Shown one piece after another: positions 25,573 to 35,266 of a DNA stretch of 64,000 bases. The DNA is taken from contig NC_083279.1 in NCBI RefSeq assembly GCF_963506605.1, positions 69,564,001 through 69,628,000 on the forward strand, in the 5' to 3' direction. The notes under the pieces are model-generated. The model was not told the DNA's origin, searched no databases, and saw only the letters and a list, made by a program, of their open reading frames with translations. Numbering within the stretch: position 1 is the first letter of the stretch; every line of letters begins with the position of its first letter. Source of the stretch: Zootoca vivipara. Its lineage: Eukaryota. A program made the translations under genes and the position numbers.

Positions 25573-26318
25573 ATTTTTAAAGTTTGTAATTGGAAATGTG
25601 ATGTTCGACTTGTTATCTGCAATTATACATAGAAAACAGAAGATAATTCAGTATTAGCAAAATACCATTAATATGTATACTGCTCACTTTGTATGTCAGT
25701 AAAAATATGCATTCTAGTCTTATAATAGAGCAAAGGAGAATTGATGAAGCTGTCTAAAGGTGCCGTTCTGTACCTCTTTACCTAGAAGTAAACTCAATGG
25801 GACTTTCTTCAGGGTAAAGATTTAAAGGAGAGGGTGGGGGAACCATGGCCAAAAGGTAGCCTTCTGAGTGTTTCTTCTGACCGACAGGACCCTTCCTATG
25901 CAATGCTGCACCCCTCACTATCTCTCCTTCATGTAACTGGAATGTGTCACTGAACTGTAATAATGTCATTTACTTCCTGGAAGAGGAGGGGTATTGTAGA
26001 AATGGCTGGTTTTTGGGTGGCTACAATCCACTGCTCCACCCTCTTTTGCCTCTAACCTTGCCCTCCACTTCCACACAGCCCCTGGAAGTCTCCTCATAAG
26101 GGAATGCAACCTTAAAACTAAAACAAGCTCTCGAGCCCTGATGAATACAATTGTACTGTGAAAATTTAAGAGACTTTAGGCAACTGAAAATGCCAGTTGG
26201 AGAAATATGAAATGACTCGTGGAACGAATTAATTTCGTCTTGTGAGGTACCACTGTACCTTAATATATAACTAATTTTATTGCTGACAAGCTGGCCCTGC
26301 CACGCGTTGCTGTGGCTC

Positions 26319-26458
26319 ATCCCTGTGTTTCCCCCCACTCTGTCCCAATCCATGACGTATCCCATCCCCTCCTCCCCCCACCCCCGGTTCATCCCTGTGA
26401 TTCCCCCTACCCTATCCCGATCCATGATGTATCCCGCCCCCTCCTCCCCCCAACCCCC
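26319..26458. repeat. Imperfect ~70-bp tandem duplication (C-rich)
   Basis: catccctgtg.ttcccc..ac.ct.tccc.atccatga.gtatccc..cccctcctcccccca occurs twice. Confidence 0.8.
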
Positions 26459-27577
26459 ACCCAGACGAGTCCCCGCTTCCATTGGGCTTGTCTGATAAGG
26501 CGAGCCAAGTGCTGTGGAGAGGGAAGCTTTTCTAGCTGCAGTACCAGTGTAGCTGCCGCTAGAGGTGCTGTTTTGCAACCTCTTCGGGCTTCTTTTTCCC
26601 AGCATGCACTTTTGGGTGAGTTCTGTGTTCTTACGTTGCGCAGGTGTGATATCTGTCTATGCAAATGGTATATGCTTCCTCTCACAGTAGCATGGGACGT
26701 TGTGTAAAAATTTGAACGCTATCAGTCAAGCGGTTTCGGTGGAAAGTGGAAACATACCTACATGCCCTTTTTACAGTTTTATATATATAAGATGGCCAAA
26801 TTCAATAAACACAATTTGCAGCCCTAAAAAGAGGACTAGGAGCAATTGGGCCTCAGGCCAGAAATATCTATGAAATAAGAAGATTCGTTTTATAGAAATA
26901 TTAAGTTACCTTTCCTTTTGTCAAGTATTCAGTTACTCGCTACTATGCTTTGAAGCCCACAGGTTCTGGAAGTAAACATAGGTTTGAGAATATTAAAACT
27001 GGCTTCCACATGGTTAAAGTGCTTTAAGAAGTTTGACAACTTTCCTCCACCAGTGATCAACTGCTACAGCATCGTATGGAATTGTTCTCTAAGCTGCACA
27101 AAAGCTACATGTCATATAGAACTCTTTTAAAGACTTTTAAAGGGTTGGTTTCCCCCAGGTCAGTCTTGTTGTGTTGTCCTTTATCAGGACATCTCCCTTT
27201 CGCCATCTACACCATTGGGGAAGAGAAACCAAAAAGCCATAGTTCAGTTGTAGAGCACTGTGTAGACGGCCCCAGATTCAATCTCCAGGTAGGCTTTCCT
27301 GTTTGAAATCCTAAGAGAGCCGCAGAAAATTCTGAAACAGATGGACCACCAATCTAGCTCGGTATAAAGCAGCTTCCTATTATCTTTTAACTCCAGACAA
27401 GGAAATCAGTTGCCTTTCTGATAAAAGGAGAAGCAGGAAAAAGAGGGAGCTATCCGTTTCTCTATGGAATCAACATTCACTGCCTTCTGCACTTTTAACA
27501 CCCATCTTCCAGCTCCACACACATTCGTTCAAGTGTCTTCCTCACAGCAGCCACAGTAAAACACAGCTAAGTGCACT

Positions 27578-27815
27578 AACCTAGCAGTTCGAAAGCACGT
27601 CAAAATGCAAGTAGATAAATAGGAACCGCTACAGCGGGAAGGTAAACGGCGTTTCCATGTGCTGCCCTGGTTTGCCAGAAGCGGCTTAGTCATGCTGGCC
27701 ACATGACCTGGAAGCTGTACGCCTGCTCCCTCGGCCAATAATGCGAGATGAGCGCGCAACCCCAGAGTCGGTCACGACTGGACCTAATGGTCAGGGGTCC
27801 CTTTTCCTTTACCTT
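27578..27815 (+). mobile_element. Sauria SINE, 5'-truncated
   Basis: Sauria SINE body and (ACCTTT)-type tail; 10-bp TSD TAAGTGCACT (27568-27577, 27816-27825). Confidence 0.9.
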
Positions 27816-27939
27816 TAAGTGCACTTAAGCCCGTTAGTTTCAACCAGATGGCGGCTACAAACCTATAGCATACAGGCTTACCTAGGAGTAACTTAGCTGG
27901 CCTCGAGGGGACTTACTTCTCTGAGTAGGTACACAAAGA

Positions 27940-28530
27940 AATCCAGCGTGCGCCAACGCAACTCTATATTTGGAGATCCGTCATTCCGTTCACATTCTGC
28001 TATCCCCGCACTACATCTGCTCAGAAAATATTTTCGGCGGCATCCTAAACAATCACCTCAAACAACTGAAGGCCCGCGCGCTCCACTCCTCCGCACATGC
28101 CCGGTCCGGCTCCAATCACCTTCCCGCCGGAAGTGGCTACGCGGATGCTCCCTCCCCCACCTCTCGAATGGTTCCGCTAACGTCACTAAGCCATTTATCC
28201 ATTTCGGAAGGAGCTGAGCAATAGTTGCCACTGGTTGGCCGGTTTCCGAGCCAATCAGGGGGCGCTGCCAGAAGAGAAGGAAGAGCTTCGCGACTGCCCT
28301 CCTTCTGCGCGAAAGAAGGTTGTGCGCATGCGCTACGTATTGGTCGGTGGGCGCGCTGCAGCAGCTTGTCTGAGCCGCCCGCCTCGCTCAGTCGCCATGA
28401 GCTTCTTGCTGCCCAAGCTCGGCAGCAAAAAGGAGGTGGATGAGGCAATCAAGAGCGTGGCCGAGAAAGTCCTGGTCCTCCGCTTTGGCATAGATGAAGA
28501 TCTTATCTGCATGCAGCTGGACGATATTGT
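27940..28530. promoter_or_regulatory. CpG island, probable bidirectional promoter for TRMT10C (-) and TXNL4B (+)
   Basis: CpG-rich. ETS CCGGAAGTG 28127-28135, NRF1 TGCGCATGCGC 28323-28333, CCAAT at 28112, 28251 and 28339 (reverse). Candidate minus-strand donor aag|gtgatt near 28119 for a non-coding TRMT10C exon 1. Confidence 0.8.
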
Positions 28531-31421
28531 GAGCAGGCGAATTTGGCTCCTTGCAATCGCATTTCCCCCCCGCACTCCCAGTAGGAATTTGTTGTCTGGG
28601 GCAACCAAGTCCGAAACTCCCCCCCACACACACACACACACCGCCGTGAACAAAACAAAAGAGGACATTTTACTGCCAAAATTCATTTGAAAATATTCAG
28701 TGTTGATAAGAAGTAATTTAATAATAAATGTTTTATTAATATAGTAGCATCTGCGTACGTTGTGCTTTACAAAGAACGGGTCCCATGCAGAGGCTTACAG
28801 TATAAAAATATACCGGTAAAAATGGAACTCGGGAGGGGAGGGGAGAGAAAAGGAGACGGGGTAAAAATATCAGCCACTCTTTGGAAGACACTTAAATTTC
28901 ATTTTTACTAGTTTATTTTACTTTCCCCTTTAAAATATTTACATTACATGGAACTTTATGGCAATAGATAGTGCTGTTGGTATCCTGATCCTAACCCAGA
29001 TTACCAACATTTCAGCCCTACTGATATTTTGACAGCACAAGGTTGTGCTGGTGTTGGCCCCATGCAGAAGTAAACTGACATTAGGGAGTTCCGTTACTTC
29101 TTCGTGTCATCCCCCCCCCCCCCGGCAAAAAAAGAAAACCCCACATGCACTGGTGCTTCAATTATCAATCTGTTCTCAAAATGTGTTAAATTTAATTCAA
29201 GACTTTATTTCTTGCCCTCTCATATTGGGCAGTATAACTTTGTATAACCTTTTTTCTACAGCTTGCAAAAACATCTCATGACTTAAGTAAAATGGCTGCA
29301 ATTTACTTGGTGGATGTAAAGAAAGTGCCAGTGTACACCCAATATTTTGACATCAGCTATATTCCATCAACTGTCTTCTTTTTCAACGGGCAGCATATGA
29401 AAGTGGATTATGGGTAAGTTGGTTTGCATGTAACCCAAGTACAAGCTATTCTTGGTATGATATTTGTTTGTGACCATTTGTGATGTTAGCAAGCATCAAC
29501 AATGCACAAAAGGCCTAATAAATATTATTGTCAGATTTATCATAATACGACCAAGTCCTTATATTTATTTTATGTTCTGAATTTTACTCCATTCTTCTAC
29601 ATTACTGTAGAAATTAGTGTGGGTGCCACAAGACACTACTTCCCCCCAATAATTTTAAACATCTATAGTCTTTCCCTAACCCTTAATATTATTAATACTG
29701 GCTTCCAAGGTCCTTGGTCATTAATTGATTTTATTGATAAATATTTTACTGAATATTGTTTTGTTTTATTACTGTGAACATAATTGGTATTTTTTTGTAA
29801 ATGAAAAGTGATATAGAAATCTTTGTATAGGTAGTTACAGTGGTACCTCTACTTACGAATAACTCTACTTATGAATGTTTCTACTTTGAATGGAGCTCCG
29901 TCCACCATCTTGGATGCGGTTTAGATAGGATTTTTTCTACTTACGAATTTTTAGATAGGTTTGCTTCGACATACGAATTTTCTCTCCCAATGCATTCCTA
30001 TGGGATTTGACTTACAATTTTTTCTACTTACAAATGTGTGTTTGGAACGCATTAAATTTGTAAGTAGAGGTACCACTGTATTTAACACTAAGGAGAGTGG
30101 CTGCTTAATTGCAACATAGATTTTTAAATGCATGTATCAGATGTACTACGGTACAGAAATTCCCATTGTTAATATTGGAGGCAACAAGACATTATTGAGA
30201 GGTGTCTACTGTATTCTGAGAGGTAAAACCATTTCTAATGTGCACAGAAGTCATATCACATCTAGAGTTGCAAAGGATTTACTCCTTAATTCCAAATGTA
30301 TCCAACTATATTTTACTCAGAGTAGACTCATTGAAATCAATAGACCTAAATTATTCATGTCCATTAATGGGTTTGGTGTGAATATTGTTTTAACATTGGA
30401 TACAACCCTCGAGCCACAGTGAACACAACAGCCACAGGCTCAGGTTGCTTTAAAGGGGGATGAGACAAAGTTCAAGGAGAAAACAATTATAGCTGAATAA
30501 AACATCCATGCTCAGAGGAAGCCTGCCCTTGAAGCTGCTGCCTTGAATGCCTTGTGGGCTCCCTGAACCATCTGTCTGGAAAACAGAATGCTGGACTACG
30601 TTGATCTTTGATCTGATCCAGCAAGGTTCATATATGCATTCTGTCACTTTAAAGCAGGGGCTGGGAATTTCGTTTAGCCGGAAGGCTGCAGTTTGTCATG
30701 GACAACCTTGTGGGCAGGGACAAGCAAAAGTGGAAGTGAAGGATGCAGCCCTTATGTTTGTGCAATAAACTACATTTCAACCACACAAAAACCAAAGGTT
30801 TCTATACCACATTTAACAGGATATATATACCTCTTAATCATCAAAGCCTCTAAGCCCACCAGGCCTCCTTATTTGGCCAGCCAGGCTGTTTCATGCAAAA
30901 CTATCCTGCCCACCTGTCAAAATTGGCCCATGGGAGTGGGCCCATAGGATTCCCCAGCCTGCTGTTAAGTGGTTTGCATCTTTCCATCCAGATAAGCAAA
31001 ATGCAACATCACAGTTAAGAACATGTTCCAGCCTGGCCAAAGTACTTGAGGAAGAGTCTCAAAGCCTGAGGTAGTCTCTCAAAAAGCTACATTTGGCCCC
31101 TAAGCTGGAAGTTTCCCATCCCTGCTTTAAAGACTAGCAGATTTGTGGCATGAGTTTTTTGTGTTCAGGCTTGGAACTAGTAACTATTTCAGAATTTAAG
31201 CTTGTATGTTGTTCCAGCTTTCATTTACTTTGTTCCCTTTTGCTTTCCTACTTAGATCTCCAGATCACACTAAATTTGTCGGAAGTTTCAAAACAAAACA
31301 AGACTTCATAGATTTGATTGAGGTGATTTACCGTGGAGCAATGCGTGGAAAACTAATCGTACGAAGCCCAATTGATCCAAAGAATATTCCCAAGTATGAC
31401 CTTCTGTATCAAGGCATTTAA
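28397..31421 (+). CDS. TXNL4B: Thioredoxin-like 4B (DIM2/DLP), 149 aa; join(28397..28528,29262..29413,31256..31421)
   Basis: Translation: [31 protein letters not shown]...QLDDI / [19 protein letters not shown]...[13 protein letters not shown] / [54 protein letters not shown]. Exons 132+152+166 = 450 nt with canonical splice sites. Confidence 0.96.
29838..30078. mobile_element. Tc1/mariner (Tigger-like) MITE
   Basis: TIR cagtggtacctctactta, TA TSD; sister copy of 4894..5136. Confidence 0.9.
30655..31124. mobile_element. hAT-Charlie-type non-autonomous element
   Basis: Termini caggggctgggaa / ttcccatccctg; 8-bp TSD CTTTAAAG. Confidence 0.75.
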
Positions 31422-31968
31422 TGCCCCACAGGGAGAGGAGTGACAGGTGGAATATGAACTGCTTAAAGCTGATGATTCCACGTCTTCTCCAAACGTATGC
31501 CAATTGCATCTTGAAAGCAAAAGGAAGAAAGGAGCTGAGACTGGTCTTTTGTACTCAGGATCATATTGGTCAGCCTCAGAGACAGACTTTCATTAATTCA
31601 TTTTTCAATGGAATTGACCGGAATTGCTTAGGCTGAAACTTATTTAATTCTAATATGTCAAAGAAGCTGCAGTAGAGTAATATGTTCTTGCTCTAAATAA
31701 ATGCTTTCGGGCTATATAAGGATATAATTAACAAGAATAATTCTAGAGCTGCCATGCCCTGTAGAAGTATCCTGAAGAAAAGATAAAAGTAATGACTGGG
31801 TTTTTATTCTGAAATGTTATAACTGCTCCCACTATCTGTCCTAACTTCCCAGCCATCAACTGAACACTACATCTTCAGAAATATAAGGTATTTCTGGTTT
31901 CACAACACAAAATGGGAAATTCTTTTTTGGAAAAGGATGGTGGGTGGGAACTTAAATGTTAAAATTGG

Positions 31969-31985
31969 TTTATTAAAAAAATAAA
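31969..31985. terminator. Back-to-back candidate poly(A) signals: AATAAA on minus (31969-31974, FAM172B) and on plus (31980-31985, TXNL4B distal); a proximal TXNL4B AATAAA lies at 31696
   Basis: Hexamers are seen between the convergent stop codons; their use is not demonstrated. Confidence 0.5.
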
Positions 31986-32411
31986 TATTTTAAGATATTA
32001 AGAATTAAACTCAACTGTATTGTGTCAAAGTATGATGGTGCAATAGGAAGGATGAATGAGTAAACCCATCTTTCAAGCAAAGTTTTCTAATTCTTTTTGC
32101 TATGCACTGAACTTTCCACTCACAATTGCAATGCATATATTCAGTGATTTATTCATTTTTTACTGCTGGTTCAGATTAAACACCAGACTTTTCAAAGGAA
32201 GGAAGGAAGGAAGTTTTGCCAGAAACAAGGAACAGTTGTTACATTAACATTCACATAAAGTTTCAGAAATGGAAATGGGACAACAAATATTAGACTGGTA
32301 ATGGTATGCTCCATATCTAGATAAAGTACTTTTACCTCAACGATAAGCTTAAGCATCAAAACTAGTACAAAACTTCTATTAGAAGAAAAAATGGGTATGA
32401 ATAACAGATGC

Positions 32412-33966
32412 TTAACTTGTTTTCATTGACTTGCTCCTTGTTAGAATAGGTGAACGATTGATCGGTTGTTTAGTGAAGACTTTCAGTGCACTCTTAAGAT
32501 ATTTGAAAATGGACTGTAGACTAGAGGAAGGAGCCAGGCTATAATTTTCAGTTCCTGTGGAGACTGTAGGGCAATCAACTTTCACCCTAAAGCCTACTGA
32601 CTTATCTAAAGGTTCACTGTGGGATACCCACTCTCGGCAATGTTTCCATATCCAGGCCTGCACCTGGGAAATGCCTTGTGTCTGGTGCGGTGTGTGGTGT
32701 GTGGAGTCAATAAGCGCAACAGCACCTACTTTGTTCATTACCTCCGAAGTTCTCTGCATGAGGAGGTCGATGAAAACCAAACCTCCATAACCATGGGCAA
32801 TGAAAGCCACCTTTTCTGCTGTGCTCTTTGAAATGAAATGGTCCCAAACGTAACTTGTATGCTCTTCAGGACTACTGCTCTCTCTCTTTGGGACTGCCGA
32901 GGGTGATTGTAGTGGACATGTGGAGTCTTTTTTCTCAGAGAGGCTGAAGCATTCTTGTTCTGTCTTCAGTTCAATGAAGTTGTCATTGGGATTTAAAACA
33001 ATCACTCCCCAAGAGCACTGCAGAGCCTTTATGATGAATGGTATTTGAGATCCGTGTTGGAGGCCTTCACGAACTATGACTTTTCGTCCCCACTGACCTG
33101 CACGAAAAGATCCCTTGTCTTGAAGGAGGATGACTAGAGTTGAGCAATTAGTTAATGCATTCTCACTCATGAAAAAAAAACTGCGAAGTTCATTGTCTGG
33201 AGCATCTGTTGGGATGTAAATCTTTTGCAGTTTGCATGTCTTTTCCAGGAGCTCGAAAACATACTGAGTAATTAAGCATCCAAGATATTGAAAATGTTGG
33301 TGATTAGCATTATGTGAATTTTGATAATCATAAACAAAAGGTTCATTGGTATCCATATGCCTAAGGTCCCCATTTTTATTAAAGTCATATTTGAGAGTTT
33401 CTGGACATTCTGAACCATTTATTAGTTTTCTGAAGCTCAAATCTTCATTCATCTGTGTCCACTACAAATAAAACAGACGGATCATGACATAAACAAAAAA
33501 TCATACATTTCTTGTAAAAATATTGTAGAAAATTTCAAAATATCACTGTTCAGGTGGGGACAGCAGTAAAAATAACTTTAACTTAAATCAATGCAACTTA
33601 AAAAGTGACAAATATTTTGTTTGTTGCATTTGTATCCTGTTCCATTTTTAAAGTAGCACAGAATGATGAGGGGTTTATTAGATGTTTTAAAGTGCTGGTG
33701 AGGCCCAAACCCACTAAACTTCAGTGTAAAACTTTAGTAGATACCTTCTGAGCATTCTTTGAACTGTGTAATTTTAGCCACCACTGTAGTAACAGATAAA
33801 AAATAGATCAGTTTAAACCCAGGGTATATTTCTAGTGTAGTTCTACTTGACTTTTGCCAGTATCCAGTGAAGTAGTTCTATTGGTGCCAAGACTTTTCCG
33901 TCCATCTCCTCTCCCCTAATGCCCCCTGCACAGACACCCCTAAATACAGAACATACTTACATTCAT
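32412..33966 (-). CDS. FAM172B: FAM172B (ARB2-family paralogue of FAM172A/ARB2A), intact; complement(join(32412..33461,33961..33966)) = 351 aa, or 346 aa from the ATG at 33452
   Basis: The ORF aligns by eye with FAM172A motifs (YDFNKNGDLRH..T.EPFV, RAGQW, GSQIPFI, GVIVLNPNDN, SPEEH..YVWDHFI, AH.YGG, AVALIDS, DCPTVSTGT). It sits between TRMT10C and SENP7, the position of human FAM172BP. An upstream 69-nt exon (33961..34029; ctctgttcag acceptor, gtaagt donor) supplies an in-frame ATG. Confidence 0.88.
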
Positions 33967-35266
33967 GTTGCTTGAGAATAACAGCAAAGGCTTCTAGATA
34001 CTTCTGGATATTTTGCTTCAGAGATCTGCCTGAACAGAGTCAACTATTAATATGTTGTAGTTCAGGGCTTATTGTTTCCTAATCAAGTATAGCTATGGTG
34101 CCAAATTTAAGGGCAAACAATTTACAAACTCAGTTGTGCACCACATGATAAAGATAGGCATGAAAACTGATAATGTGGGAAAGTGCTTCCTAATCTTTGT
34201 TGTATTGAGGCTTCCTTGTTCTTTGCATTTCACCGAATTCTGTAAACACCATATTGAATTCTTAAATTGCTCCCAAGTTAAAACTGCCATATGTGCCCTA
34301 TATGGCCAAAACCCAAAACACATACAACATTACACCTATGCAATCCACACAACTTGAAATGTGCACTATGAAGAATATTGTATGCCTACACCTTATGAAT
34401 GTGATGCATGAAACTAACCTTGATACCTAGGGGGTTGTAAACCTGCATATGCTCACAATACACATCTAAACATCTACTTGTGCTTTGCAATTTCTGCTAT
34501 TCAACAGAAGTTATTTTCAAAAAAGCATTATAGGACTGCACCCTTATTTATTTATATTAAGAAAATTACATGCAGAAAGGTATAACCAAAATCATATACT
34601 GTACACACACACAGAAGAGGAAGCAGCAAACTCAGGTTTCCAATTTTATGGAACTCCCAGATAAGCCTTTCCTCCTCCTCCTCCTCTCTCCTCCCTCTCA
34701 GGAGCCTCCTGGCTATTAGGCAGGTCCTGACTTATCAAGACCTTGAGAAAACCAGACATAGGGGAACTCCTTCACACCTCCTTATAATTCAGGCCCCTTA
34801 TCTGTTACATTCCTTTGGTGAGCACAGAAAGAAAAGGCCATTAGGTGGCTATACATCACTTTAGAAGCGTTAATTAAGAAACAAAGCAGGAACTGAATTA
34901 GTTCAAACACTTGATGGATTGCAGGATACAAAAACAGGGAAGAGCTTCGAAGGGTATCTGAAAACTTTCCACTAACTTCCTTTGACACATATCAAAAAGC
35001 AGGCAATATCTTTCAGCAAGCATTTCTGGTTACAGAAGCAAATGGCATTACAGTAGTTATGTTACATACAAACAGACTAGAAATACATTTCTAAGATTCT
35101 ACACCCTCTCTGTTGAATTTCTAGTGAATACTTAAAGACATTTTTTTATCCCAGCAGACAGTTTAACTGTATTCTAATTTTATAGTTTTAACTGATTTTT
35201 ATCTCTCTTGTATTCAGTTACTTTTACACCCTTTAGAGATTATTGTAATTAAGTAGTATATAAATT

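Noticed and set aside
25097-25657. 186-aa plus-strand ORF
   Set aside because: Antisense shadow of TRMT10C.
26021-26605. 194-aa minus-strand ORF in the TRMT10C 5' intron
   Set aside because: Built from a tandem repeat and a MITE remnant, with a non-ATG start and no domain.
28529-31255. Possibility of U12-type introns, given the link of TXNL4B to the minor spliceosome
   Set aside because: Donors read gtgagc and gtaagt, and no RTATCCTT donor was seen at any mapped exon in the window.
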